Of a stretch of DNA of 64,000 bases, positions 20,293 to 32,300 are shown piece after piece. The stretch is taken from NCBI GenBank assembly GCA_009859145.1, contig VRVR01000013.1, positions 86,786 through 150,785 on the forward strand. Reading direction: 5' to 3'. Source of the stretch: Andalucia godoyi And28. Its lineage: Eukaryota > Protista > Jakobida. The notes below the pieces were generated by a model that ran no database searches, was not told where the DNA came from, and saw nothing but the letters and a program-made list of their open reading frames with translations. Numbering within the stretch: the stretch's first letter is position 1; each line of letters begins with the position of its first letter. Position numbers and translations under genes: made by a program.

Positions 20293-20956
20293 TTTTCCTC
20301 TACGTCGTTCGTTCCTGACCTTTTTGTATTTCTGCCCGCTATTCCCACACTTCCCGTATTTATGTTCCCGTTATTTATTTGCTGAAAAGTGTTGCTGCAT
20401 TGGTAAAGACTCGAATGACACACGAGCTGACATTGCACACTAGACATGGCGAGTCATTGCTAACTACCCATATTCCGTCTTGCCTCTGAACCGAACGGGA
20501 ATTCAACGCAGAAGGCGGTCGGCCCCAATACGCCAAAGCGTCTTTCACCGCTCCAATCTCAATCCAGTCCTGCCGAAGGTTTCATGGGCCTCAGGATAGA
20601 GGTGGGGGGTCATTTTTGCGAGGCTGCAGGTAAACGACGAATGATGATGGACAGGCGTGAATGTAAAAAGGCGAGCGGAATTACATTGTCTGAAATGCTT
20701 GATAACTAGGGTAATGTAGGGTAATGTAGGTGTTGAAGACTTTGAAAAAAAAAAGATGTAGTTTTGCTTATGCGTGCAACACGATGGACGCCAGGGCTCA
20801 GTTGCTTGTCTGAGGTTCGACTTGCTTTTTTCTTCTTTTCTTTCTTTGGTACTTGAATAAAAATCCAAAGAAAATGTCTTTCGCTGCAATCTCGAGTCTA
20901 AACCGATCCATCCCGACACGTACTCCTGTATGTCCGACTTCCGAACAACGCGAGCA

Positions 20957-21871
20957 ATGCAGAAGTTCTTCCGGGTATGCTTGTGCATAGCTGCATGCAT
21001 CTTTGCGAGTGCGAGTGCGAGTGACCGCATTCGTCTGCGAGACATCAGCTCACTGACATTCTACGCGGATGAAAAGGCAGTTTCCCGTCGGTTTTCACCA
21101 GAGCCCCAGCTGAAGTGTGTAAAAGGCTCTGCGTGCGGCAGTTCTGAACTGACTCCGCGTGTCGTTCAATGCACAAACAAGGGTTTGGATGACCACGGAA
21201 GCATTAACTGGTCCTGTGAGTCGAGTTTGAAATCGTCCGTTAGCCTCGGAATGACAAATGTTGTGTGTGAGGGCTATTCGCGACCGGGAGATGAGTACGT
21301 GCTTGCTGGATCCTGCTTCCTGGAATACGAATTGGTCTTCTCTGGCTCGGCGTCGTCGCATCATCGCGATTATGCTTCTGCGTACTATGACTCCGAAGAC
21401 CCTCGATCTTGGGGACAAACGATTGGTACACTCGTCTTCTGCGGCTTTCTTGCGTTTTTGGTCATCAAAATGTGCTGCCGAGACCAAGGAGCGGATGTGT
21501 ACTCGAGGCAAGTTCCCCCTCGTGGTCCGACGCCATCGTTTTTTGGTGGGCCGGGGGGCGATGGCGGGCCGTCGGATTATCGTGGACCGGGCTCAGGTCC
21601 CAGCTATGGGGGTTCGTGTTCTCCTCCGAATTCCTATGGGTCATCGTCGGCATATACACCAGGAAGACCTGGATTCTGGACCGGTGCCGCGACCGGAGGA
21701 ATGCTCGGATACCTGTTTGGCGCATCCCGGAACAACCAGTCCGGTCCAGCAGGGTATGACCATGCATACCGAAGCGGTTACGGTGGCCACCACCGTGGAT
21801 CGTCTTCATCATCGTCGTCATCCTCATCCACTCGGTCCTCGACAGGATTTGGCAGAACAACAGTTCGGTAG
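20957..21871 (+). CDS. SARAF: SARAF/TMEM66 store-operated calcium entry-associated regulatory factor
   Basis: Signal peptide, IRLRDISSLTF, SRR..P.PQLKC, VQCTNKG, W.C, VVCEGYSRPGDEYVLAGSCFLEYEL, a TM helix and the PGFWTGAATGGMLGYLFG tail. Confidence 0.92.
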   Translation: MQKFFRVCLCIAACIFASASASDRIRLRDISSLTFYADEKAVSRRFSPEPQLKCVKGSACGSSELTPRVVQCTNKGLDDHGSINWSCESSLKSSVSLGMTNVVCEGYSRPGDEYVLAGSCFLEYELVFSGSASSHHRDYASAYYDSEDPRSWGQTIGTLVFCGFLAFLVIKMCCRDQGADVYSRQVPPRGPTPSFFGGPGGDGGPSDYRGPGSGPSYGGSCSPPNSYGSSSAYTPGRPGFWTGAATGGMLGYLFGASRNNQSGPAGYDHAYRSGYGGHHRGSSSSSSSSSSTRSSTGFGRTTVR

Positions 21872-21934
21872 TTTTATTTGCTCGACAGACAATCGGGCAG
21901 GGTGGTTCGAAAGCAGGAAACACAGATAAAGTGA

Positions 21935-22834
21935 TCAGTTGAATTTTTCTCCAACCTGCTCTTCAGACCATTCCCATAGTTTTCTGCACAGATTCTTGTC
22001 CTTCGCATCCGGTGATTGCGTCTGATGAACCTCGCAGTCGCCGTAGTACAGACCGCCTTGCACTGCGCTGCTTGTTGCGCAGAAGAGCGTTGTTGCCGCT
22101 CCTTGGGCAACTGTCTTCATCCACGGTCTGCCGAATATTCCGTAAAGCGCCTTGAAAATCGGGTTTACGGATCGAATTAAGCCGGTCGAAATAATTCCTG
22201 GATGCAGACTAACGGACATGACATTCGAACTCGCCAGTCTGCTGTTCAGTTCACCGGAGAACATAATATTCGCTAGTTTGGACTTCCCATAAACATCCAT
22301 GGACCCGTATGATTTTTTGGAAAACATGTCATCAAACTCCATCTTTCTGTTCTTGTGGAGCTTTGAGGACACGTTCACCACGCGCGAAGGTGCAGACTGC
22401 ACCAAGACGGGACGCAGTAAGTTTGTCAACAAGAAGTGGCCCAGGTGGTTCGTGGCCATGGTCAGCTCCAAGCCGGCATTGTTTTCAAGTCGCGAAGGGC
22501 TCCACACGCCAGCATTGTTGATCAGCAAATGCAGTCCAAGGTTCCTTTTCTTAAACTCGTCCACGAACTCTCGAATGGAAGCATAGTCCGAAAGATCCAG
22601 TTTTTGGACAGCAACATCTTGATTTCCTGTTGATTTCCGAATACCTGCTGCAACAACTTCGCTCTTTTCAAGATCGCGGCATGCCATAATCACGCGAGCG
22701 TTCCGAAGAGCCAAAACTCGAGCAGTTTCGATTCCAATTCCCGAACTTGCTCCTGTGACAATCGCCACTTTTCCAGCCAGGTCGATGCCCTCTGTAATCT
22801 GTTCTGCAGTCGCGTACGATCCTTTCACTGGCAT
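21935..22834 (-). CDS. Short-chain dehydrogenase/reductase, retinol dehydrogenase (RDH12/WWOX)-like
   Basis: TGASSGIG Rossmann motif, LINNAG, NHLGHFLLT, VVNVSS, catalytic YGKSKLAN, SLHPG and KLWEWSE. Confidence 0.93.
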   Translation of the reverse strand: MPVKGSYATAEQITEGIDLAGKVAIVTGASSGIGIETARVLALRNARVIMACRDLEKSEVVAAGIRKSTGNQDVAVQKLDLSDYASIREFVDEFKKRNLGLHLLINNAGVWSPSRLENNAGLELTMATNHLGHFLLTNLLRPVLVQSAPSRVVNVSSKLHKNRKMEFDDMFSKKSYGSMDVYGKSKLANIMFSGELNSRLASSNVMSVSLHPGIISTGLIRSVNPIFKALYGIFGRPWMKTVAQGAATTLFCATSSAVQGGLYYGDCEVHQTQSPDAKDKNLCRKLWEWSEEQVGEKFN

Positions 22835-23149
22835 CTCTTCTTCGCAAACAAACCACGGCAATCAGCTAGCTTCTACCCGTGAAAATCAGGAGGAAAAAAA
22901 GTTCATCAAACGTAATCTGCGCAACAATATGGAACACATTCGCTTCGGGGAAACGCACCGCGCGGACAGTCGGCAATCGGCAGTAGGCACAACAACGCCC
23001 GATAGCACGGCAGCATCGCAAAGCAAGCGGCAACAACAGATTCGTTGATCATATGGAGGGGGGAAAAAAGAAGAAAGAAGTGGTCCACAACCCATTGTGT
23101 TCTTGTTTTGCTTTTTTTAATTAATTAATTTAAGGAATACAAAAAATTA

Positions 23150-24454
23150 TTAGAGGATCAGTAACGAGGAGAGCGAGATCTCAAGCTTGGAAGCTGTTCC
23201 ACTGGACTTGTCCTGCGCTCGGACGGTGAGCTTTCCGTTTTCCGTAATTTCTACAGAGATTTCGATCTTCATGGTCTGCTTCGGCTTCTTATTGCCGCCC
23301 CGATGCACAAACGTACCGAGAATGCCCGATCCTCCCGATGCATTACTATCCTTTCGAACAGCAAACACCAGCTTGACGGAGTCTTGGTCGTCTTCTGAGT
23401 TCGATACGGTAAACTGTCTCTTAAGAGGGAGCATCGACCCGCTCAAGAACAGTGGTGTGTAGTCCCCATCAAGAACGAGTCCGACTTCATAGGGAAGAAT
23501 CTGCACGTTTCGGACCTGCCCCGACATTTGCTGTCTCTGGTTCTGCGGCAACGAGGCAATGATGGACGCTTGTTTTGCTGCGCCGATTGCAAACACTTCG
23601 TCGGACGGAATCGAGGAAAGCGCAGTTCCTTTGATGTAACTGCGAACTCTCGGGACCCGGCAGCCACCTCCAGCAAGAATGATGGAAACGTCCTCTGCAT
23701 TAAACGCGTGATTCGCAATCTTGGCAAGAACATCATCAATCAGCATTTCGAACTTGGCGCGAGTAATATTCGAGAAAAAGTCAATTCCTTCGAAGAAGGA
23801 ATCAAGCTCAATGGAACTTTGCGGCGCAGCACTCAGTCGGTGCTTGACATCGAAGCAAACATTCTTCAGTTTCCGAGCAGCTCTTCTCGAATCTGCATAG
23901 TCTGCCTTTGTCTTTTTGTAGAATTCTGCGCCAAAATGTGCGACTAGTCGATCCGACAGCGACGAAACCTCGATTTCAATGGTTTCCGACGCCGGAGAAA
24001 TAAGTCCATTTGCAGAAACCGTAAATTGCGACCATCTGGCAACATTATCGGCATAATCCAGAACGGAAACCGTGCACGGCTCCACAGCTTCCGACTCGTC
24101 AAAGTCATACGCTAGAAGTGCAGAGACTGCAGAATCAACAAACACTGCATTCTTCTCAACTGCAGACAACACCGGAACAAGCTCCTTCGGTGCAGCAATG
24201 ACAATAACAGAAAGATCTTGTTCTACCTGCTGTGCGATTTCCTTTGCATATGCGATCACAGCAGGCCAAAATTGCGGATGGCTTGAATCGACCTCGTCGG
24301 CTGAATTTACTGCCGATTCTCCAACCACAGGCTTGGAACCGCTGGAAATCGAAACCCGCGTTGGGGTCGTCCGAGAACCATGTGGATTGGCTACAATTCC
24401 CTTTGGATATACCGCAACTGAAAACGAAAAGCGACCAATCGAAATTCCAATCAT
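23150..24454 (-). CDS. Atypical Hsp70 (HSPA14/Ssz1-like, ribosome-associated complex)
   Basis: IVANPHGSRTTPTRV, LSAAPQSSIELDSFFEGIDFFSNITRAKFE, ILAGGGCRVP and DEVFAIGAAKQA. Degenerate ATPase motifs and no lid domain. Confidence 0.75.
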   Translation of the reverse strand: MIGISIGRFSFSVAVYPKGIVANPHGSRTTPTRVSISSGSKPVVGESAVNSADEVDSSHPQFWPAVIAYAKEIAQQVEQDLSVIVIAAPKELVPVLSAVEKNAVFVDSAVSALLAYDFDESEAVEPCTVSVLDYADNVARWSQFTVSANGLISPASETIEIEVSSLSDRLVAHFGAEFYKKTKADYADSRRAARKLKNVCFDVKHRLSAAPQSSIELDSFFEGIDFFSNITRAKFEMLIDDVLAKIANHAFNAEDVSIILAGGGCRVPRVRSYIKGTALSSIPSDEVFAIGAAKQASIIASLPQNQRQQMSGQVRNVQILPYEVGLVLDGDYTPLFLSGSMLPLKRQFTVSNSEDDQDSVKLVFAVRKDSNASGGSGILGTFVHRGGNKKPKQTMKIEISVEITENGKLTVRAQDKSSGTASKLEISLSSLLIL

Positions 24455-25009
24455 ACTTTACGTCGCGAGTACGTGTATGCGTGTGCCAATGGTGTGTATA
24501 TATCTACGTGTGTATGTATATCCGTGCGTGCGCGTATGTCTGTGGATTCTGCTCGGTCCCTTTTCTTCGTAGCAGACAGTCGAAAAATCACAAAACGGAC
24601 CAAGGGGAATGGAAAGGTTATACCAAAACAAGAGGAAAAAAGGGAAGAAGAAAAAAACCGACCAAAAATCCTCGTGTTTTCGCGTCTTCCCGTTTTCTCG
24701 GAAGAAAATGAGGATTATATACGTATATATTTTTTTCGCTCAATCTGTGTTTTCTTCCAAGTTTGCAAAGGCGCGTGATGCTGGATGCAAGATCCAAATT
24801 CTCGCTGTGGGTACGTGTTTTTCCCGCCTATTCCAACGAAAAAACTGTCAAGTAGACCAAAAATAAAAAATAAAAAATAAAAAATAAAAAACCCACCATT
24901 TTTGCAAATGTGTCTAATATGCAAAAAAATTCCAAACCCCACGTCGCTCTGCAATTTCCCCCTCTACTTGTTTGCGTTTCATTTCACGCAGTCTCGCTGA
25001 ATAAATAAG

Positions 25010-25726
25010 ATGCAGTCAATTGATAATGCTCTTGTTCGGCTGTCCCATGGTTTCAAGCGATTGCAAGGGAACATCGAGTCTCTTGTGTCGCTCAACTCGT
25101 CGATTGTGCAATTTCATACTGTAATATCCCGTCTGAATTCATCTGTCGAATGGTCTTCTACCAGTGGCTCGTCAGTTCCTAATCTTTTCGAAAACTTGGG
25201 TCAGCATCCCAGTTCCTCCGGGCAAAAGACGTCGTCGTCTTCGTCATTGTCCTCCTCCTCCTCCTCCTCCTCTTCTTCTTCTGCTGCTGCTGCGGCAACT
25301 TCGTCATCGGTCAGTCCAAATTCCACAAAACGCGCCGCAAGTAATGTGCAAAGCAGCAGGAAAAGAGCTGTGTCTCCGGCCGGGAAAGGCTCGACAAGTG
25401 ATGCAGTTCTCCCACCGGATGCGAAATCCGCAAGAAGAAAGTCGATTGGAAGTGCGCAAGGCTTGAGTGCACATGCCCGAGCGAATTCGTCAATCGTTGC
25501 GTCATTGCCGCAGAAATACAGAAGCGAGGATCACAAAATGCGTATTCTCCAAATCCTGGATGCACTGCGAGCAAAGCCAGAAGGAATGTACCTCCAGGAC
25601 TTAGTCGTGGTCTCAGGAACAACCAAGCTTCTTTGCAATGAATACTTGGTGCAGATCGTCAGAATCGGTGCAGCAATACGAGAGTCAAAACGAGGGCTGT
25701 TGTACAAGCTCGCAGCCACAATCTGA
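25010..25726 (+). CDS. Protein with an N-terminal coiled helix and a C-terminal winged-helix-like domain; possible DASH complex subunit Dam1
   Basis: N-terminal helix LVRLSHGFKRLQGNIESLVSLNSSIVQF, a Ser-rich basic linker, and C-terminal LPQKYRS..ILDALRAKPEGMYLQDLV..CNEYL..GLLYKL. The CDS is solid; the family call is tentative. Confidence 0.55.
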   Translation: MQSIDNALVRLSHGFKRLQGNIESLVSLNSSIVQFHTVISRLNSSVEWSSTSGSSVPNLFENLGQHPSSSGQKTSSSSSLSSSSSSSSSSSAAAAATSSSVSPNSTKRAASNVQSSRKRAVSPAGKGSTSDAVLPPDAKSARRKSIGSAQGLSAHARANSSIVASLPQKYRSEDHKMRILQILDALRAKPEGMYLQDLVVVSGTTKLLCNEYLVQIVRIGAAIRESKRGLLYKLAATI

Positions 25727-26337
25727 ACACTTCCCAGTGCTATGCAGAATATCATATGTGGCTTTTTTTTTTTTTGCGGATGCCACGGCATCATCGCCAC
25801 TCCCTGAGCTACCAAATCACTTGTAATTTTTTCTTTATCTGTCTCTCTCTCCGTCTCTCCACATGTAAACAATTTCGATATTCGAGTGTCACGAACGGAA
25901 CTGCCGTCTGCTGTACTGTGACCTTTGAGCGGGATTACGCACTTGATGCTTGCGCGGATCCCAGCAGGCTGCAGAGAGAGAGAGGCTGGGAAAAAAGACA
26001 ACCGGCTTCTCATCACGTCGTCCTGCTTATGAGCGTGCGTGCATGTGTGCTTGTGTTTGTGTTTGTGGTTGTGGTTGCTCGACAATTCTTTCTTTCTCTT
26101 TTTCTCTCTGTCCTTTTCCATTTCCGTTTCGTTTTCCTTTCCCATTTCCACTTTCACCACTTCTTCTTCCTCTTCCTCTTCCTCTTCCTCTTTTTTCTCT
26201 TCTATTTTTTCTCTTCTATTTTTTCTCTTCTTTTCGGTTTTTCGTAGTCGTGTTGTTTTCTTCGACCAGCCGTTGCATTCAAGGTTTGGTGTGAGGGTCA
26301 CTAACTCCCCCGGGCTTTATTCAAAGAACATCGAACC

Positions 26338-29300
26338 ATGTCAGACGCGGATCGGCAGGCGCGACTTGCGGCCTATCGGGAGCGTCGCCAGCGGTCCGGG
26401 ACGATTGCTCCAGGTTCGCCTGCGTCTTACCAGACATCGCTCAACGAGGGTCAGCTATCTCCTCGTGGTGACCTGTCTCCGACCGCATACCAAAACGACG
26501 GTGCGTTGAAGTCCGGCCAGATGTCTCCGACGGACTCTGTTTCTTCAGAGTCGGTCAATCCCTTGCTACCTGCGAGCAACAACAGCAACAATAACAACAA
26601 CAATAATAATAACAGTAGCACCAATCTAAGCGTACAACGAAGTTCTCGAGCTCAAACGGTCGCTGGACCGGGTCCGCAAGGGAGAAAGACTTCAAATGGC
26701 AGTGCATCGGTTGTCGTTTCCCCGACAATTTCGAGAGCTCCATCGCATACGGATCTGGCAGGAGAGTTGAATGCAGGAACTTCAGACACTGCAAGTGGCG
26801 CCGCAGCTGGCTCAAATGAGTTTTTGAGACGTGCCGACGGAATGATCCAGGAGTACAAGAGAGCCGCAAGAGAAATTGCACAAAAGGCTGCCGCCGATGT
26901 TCGCGCGGCGCACCAGAGAGAGATTGCAGCGATTGCAGAGGCCGAACGTGCAAAGCTTGTGGCAGAGCAGAAGGCCAGACAGGATGCCGACGATTTTGTT
27001 TCCGTGGAACGTGGCAAGATTTCAAAACAGCTGGAAGAACTTCGAGAGCGCGAGCTGCGTCTGGACGCCCGCATCCGCGAACTTGTTGAAGAGAAGAGAA
27101 GCGAGTGGGAAATACACATTGGGGCCGTTCTTGAACGGAGACAGCAGACTCTTCTTGAAGAAGTCCGTCTCCGCCACACAGCAGAAGTGGATCGAATTCG
27201 CAAGGAATGCGCGGACGAGGTTCTGAAAGCACGGGAGGAGCTGCGAAAAGAACAAATGGAAGCACTGGCGCGGGCTGCATCCGAAAATGCCGTCAGACGG
27301 GAACGTCTGGCAAAAGAAGAAGAAGAACGACGCATGCGTGTGCATGAAGAATACAAGGACCGCATCAAGGACATGCAGGTGGAGATCGAAGCCTTGAAGG
27401 CCCGTTCGATTGAGGAACGAGAAATGGTCAAGCAAGAATACTCTTCCCGCATCGTGTCTCTTGAGACCGAACTCAAAAACCGTGATGACTACATCCGCAC
27501 AAAGATGAACGAGCTCTCCAAGTCTCTCACAGAGGTAAGCGAGCGCGAGCGAAATGCTGGCATGCGGGCCGACCGTGCCGAATGGGAGCGGACTCACGAT
27601 ATCTCCCGTCTCGAAGATGAATGGAAAGCACGTTCGGGCGTGTGGGAGAATGAGCGAGTTCAACTGAAGTCACAGATTGGGGATCTTGAATCCAAGATCG
27701 AGGTCAACAGATCTCAGCTTCGCGCTAGCCAAGACGAGGTCATTCGCCTGAAGGATGAGCTTCGAAATACGACAGCGTCGGTTCGTCAAGCGGCCTCGGA
27801 TGATACAGACAGTCAGATTGCATCGCTGCAGCAGCAATGGGCGCAGGAACGATCTGATCTGTTGGAGCAGATTTCTTCGTTGCGTGGCCGCCTCGACAAG
27901 GTGCGATCGGAGTTTGTTGCGCTGGATGAGACACGTAAGCTACAGGTCCAGGATGTGTCCGCTTCGTATGCTGAAGCGATTCGCGAGTGGGCAGGTAAGC
28001 TGCAACAAGCGCAGGATGATATCCGTCTGCAACAGCAGCAATTGAACATTCAGATCACTGCTGCAACGGAAGCGGAAATGTCGAACTGGAAGATGCAGCT
28101 GGACGAGGCACAGTGTGCTCTCCGAAAGGAAGAGCAGACGCACCGCAACGCTTTGTATGAACTTGAACAGAAGATGAGATCCGAGTACGACGCAAGGATG
28201 TCTCTTTGCCAGCAGCAGCACGAAGAGAAGTTTGCAGATGTTTCTAGTCGGTATTCCAATTGGCAGCAATCTCATGAAAAATCGTCTTCAGAACGCCTGT
28301 TGGCTCTTGAAAAGCAGTTTGGAGATCGTGTAGTCTCGCTGCATTCCGAGAATGCAAAGCAGCTGGAGGCCATCCGAATTTCCATGGATGCGGAAAAAGA
28401 GGAACTGCTGACGCATATGAAGAAGGTGCACCAAAGTCAGTTAGGAAGCTTGGAAGCAGACCTTGAACGCACGCGAAGATCGAATTCAGAATCAATTGCA
28501 GCTCGCGATCTTGAATGGGAGCAGCGTCTCGAAGAGTCGCACGCGCAGTCAGTGAGAAAGATCCGAGAAACATCTGACAATGCAGCGGCGATCATGGACA
28601 AGCTGCGATCGGAAATGCTGCTTTTGGATGAGAAGCATCGCGAAGTTACGGTCAAGATGCAGCAAGATCACGCTCTGAAAGTCCAGTCTCTTCTACTCAG
28701 CATTGGTGTTCTGGAAGAGAAGCTCCGGATTCACGACGAAGAAATCCGAGAGCTGGAGGACAAGCATCGCAAGGACGTCGGAGTCAAGGATTCTGAATTT
28801 GACGAGAAAATCCGACAGTTGAGATTGCAGCACGATGCGCACGTCACGGAGATTCGTAATGAATTTTCCGTTGCAAAGATTGCAATTGAAGACGGACACG
28901 CAAAGGAGCGCGACGGCTGGTCGGATTCTCTTCGAAAAGTGCACGATGATCATGCTGCTGCAATTTTGGATTGGTCGAATCGTCTGGATGCTGTGCGCAA
29001 AGACGCTGCAGAAAAGCAAACTTTGCACGCACAAGAAATTGCGCGATGGAAGGCGTTGTTTGGAGCGAAGGAAGTTGAGTTGCAGGAGCGTGTGGCGGCA
29101 GAAAAGGATATCACCGTTTCGGAGCTGAATGTCCAGAAGGAGAAGTATCTGGCTGTCATTCGTCAACACGAAGAGAAGTTTGCAGTTCGAAGAAATGAGT
29201 ATGACGCCTCTCTCGCTAAAGTGGAGAACGACTATGCGGAAAAGCTTACAAAAGAGCTCGAGGATGCGTCCAAACGACATGGTGATGCGATTTCTGCAAT

Positions 29301-32300
29301 TGCAGAGCAGCATCGGTTGCAGATAGCGGCCATTCAATCTGGATTCGAGGATCAGCGTATCTCTATGGAAGAGAAGCATAGATTGGAAGAATCCGAATTG
29401 CGAAAGCGGCAGGAGGACCAGCTCGCTGCCCACGGCGCCGCATTGGTGCAGCGGATTGCGGAGCATGATGTTGTCATCGTGGAACTGGAAGTTACTGTTG
29501 CACGCCTTCGGGAAGAGTGCGAATCTGTCCGGCTGCAGGCGGCTGCGGACATCGAAAAGAGGGCCGCAGAATACGCATCGAAACTCGAGGAAATGTGTCG
29601 CGAATCAGATGCGAAGGCGAGGAAGTGGGAAGCGGACACTGCTGCTGCAAAGGCTGCAGCTAGTTCGGAGGTTGATGCTTTGAAATCAAAGCATGCGTCT
29701 GAAGTTGAAGCGTTGCGTTCCGAAATGAATGAACAGTCGGCCAAGGACAGGAGTTCGCTGGAACAGGAGGCAACACGGCTCCGAAAGGAACTGGATTCCA
29801 CCATTGCGACGTACAAGGAAAAACTGAGAGAAGCGGATGCGCGTGCCTCGAGCAAGTACGAGAAGAGCGAAGAGGATGGCAAGCGCCGCGTCAGCCAACT
29901 TGTGTCTGAATATGAGAGTCAAATAGAAAACCTTCGGAAAGGCCACGAGGAGCACGTATCTCAGTTGGAATCGTCGTCGCAGGAAGCGAGAACTGCCCAT
30001 ATGGAGGCACGCAAACGGCAGGAATCAGTGCACACTGCGCAGCTGGAAGCTCGGGAGCGGCGTTTCCGCGAAGACCTGCAGTTGGCTGCGGAGCATGCCG
30101 CTGCAGATGCACAGCGGAGACACTCTGAGGAACTGAAGGTCTTGATGGATAGTCATGAGGCATTTGTCCGAGATTTGACCGGAAAGCACGCACACGAAAT
30201 TGAATCTCTTGATGTTCGCTACGACGAGTTGCGCATTTCCCATGCAGAAGATTTGTCGAAAGTGGCTGCCGCACATGACACCGAGATTCGGGCAATTGAA
30301 GAAAGGCAACGTGAAAAGATTCAGGCTTTGCGTAGTGAGCACGACGCGTTGCGAGATTTGCACCGTCAACAGATCGCCAACGTGGTCCGTGAGCAGGAAA
30401 CTGCCATGGATTCTTTGAAGAAGAAGCACGATGCAGAGACTCAGTCGCTCCGCAAATGCATACATGATCTTCGGCTGCAGCACCAGACCACGCTGGACGC
30501 CATTCATGCAGAGCACGAAGCCACTGTTTCGCGTATTGAACGGGAATCGTTGGAGCGTGTGGAGAAATCCGAAAGGCGTCTGAGCGATTCTCAGTCATCC
30601 AGCATCGGCAAGGTTGCGGAATTGGAATCAATGGTTGAAAAGGTTCGCGAAGATTGCTCGAAGAAACTTGCCGATGCAGAGGACCGGCTGCGCGAGCAGG
30701 CCATGCGACATGCGTCGTTAATGGACGCCGCAGAGAAACGCCATGCAGATGATGTGGAAGCGCTTCACAGATTATCCGCAGAAATCCAGACGGATCACGC
30801 TCAGAAGCTGGCGGATTTGCGTCGTGAGCGTGATGACGCTGTGTCACTCGTTCGCAATGAGTGGTCGCTGAAACTTGAGCAGCAACATGCAGAGATGGAA
30901 GATGAGCGCCGTTTGTGGAGTCTGCAGAAGCAGCAGTTGATCGATGTACGTCTACAGACTGACAATGACTGGAGATTGAAGATGCGTGATGTCGAGGTCG
31001 TGGCGCGTCGTGAGCGAGATGAGGCGCTTGCCCAACAGACCAGAGAATTCGAGGCAAGCCTGGCCACATTGCAGTCCGAGCTTGACAGCTCTCGACGCTC
31101 TGCGGATGAAATTCGCTCGAAGATGAGCGCGGAACACTCCGAAGAAAAGCGACGATTGGCAAAGGAACATCGCAACGAGATTAATGCTTTGATTAATGAC
31201 CACCAGATAGCATTTGATTCCCGCGAGGAGTCGTGGAATCAACAGAGGGTTTCGCTTGAACAGGAGGTCGAAATGCGCGAGAAGAAGGCCAGGGAGGATG
31301 CCGCGAACGATCAGCGCAAGTTGTTTGACCGTATCGTGGAGTTGCAGCGCGAATATGCGGAGGCATATCGAGCACAGGATGTCGCGCATCGTCAGCGCAT
31401 TGATGCCCTCGTGGAAGAAAGCGGACAGAGATGGAATTCCTGGCAACAGGGAATCGCAAAGATGCAAGCGAGGCATGACGATGACATCGCGGAATTGCAG
31501 AAAGGACATGCAAAGGAGGTGGAAAGGCTGTCGACTTCTCATGAAGAAGAATTGTCGCAGATTCGTGCGAAGTTTTCGTCGGAAGCTGAACAGCATCGAA
31601 TCATGCTGACGGAACTTCGGAACACAACGGAGAGCAGGATCGAAGAGGTGCGTGTCTTTTATTTGCAACAAGTTTCACGTATGCAGGATGCACACGAAGC
31701 AGAAATTGAAAGTATTCGCAAGGTGCATGATGCAGAAATTCTGAAGTTGAAGGATTCTCATTTGGGTGATTTGGAACGAGTTGAGACGAATCATTCTGAC
31801 GCTCTTTTGCGTGCTAGAGAGGAATGGAACGTCCAAACTGCACGGCAGCTCGAAGATCAGATGCGGGTGTCGGAGCTCGAGCGTCTCAAAGTGAGTGCTG
31901 ATTTGCAACGCTCATTTGATCAGTCTCTCAATCGTGTCGTTTCTTCCTTACGCGACGAACACTCGAAGACGATTGCAAAGATGTCGGAGACGCACTCCGC
32001 AGAGGTTGGCTCTCTCCAAAAGATGCATACCCAAGCGGTGAATGACATTACGGAGACAACGGAACAGCGCATAGCAGCCGTACGCTATCAGGCCGCTCAG
32101 GATCTCTGTGCGTTGGAGAAGGATCTTTCTGAACAATCTGCATCGCGCATTGCAATTGTTCTTGCCCAGCAGAAGCAAGAGTTCGAGCTCCTTGTACGCA
32201 ACCATGAATTGGAACGCTTGGAATGGGAAGAGCGCCTTCGACTTGCTGTCCAGTTGTCCATCGCTGAAACTGCTCGTTGGAGGACTGAGCAGGAATCTAT

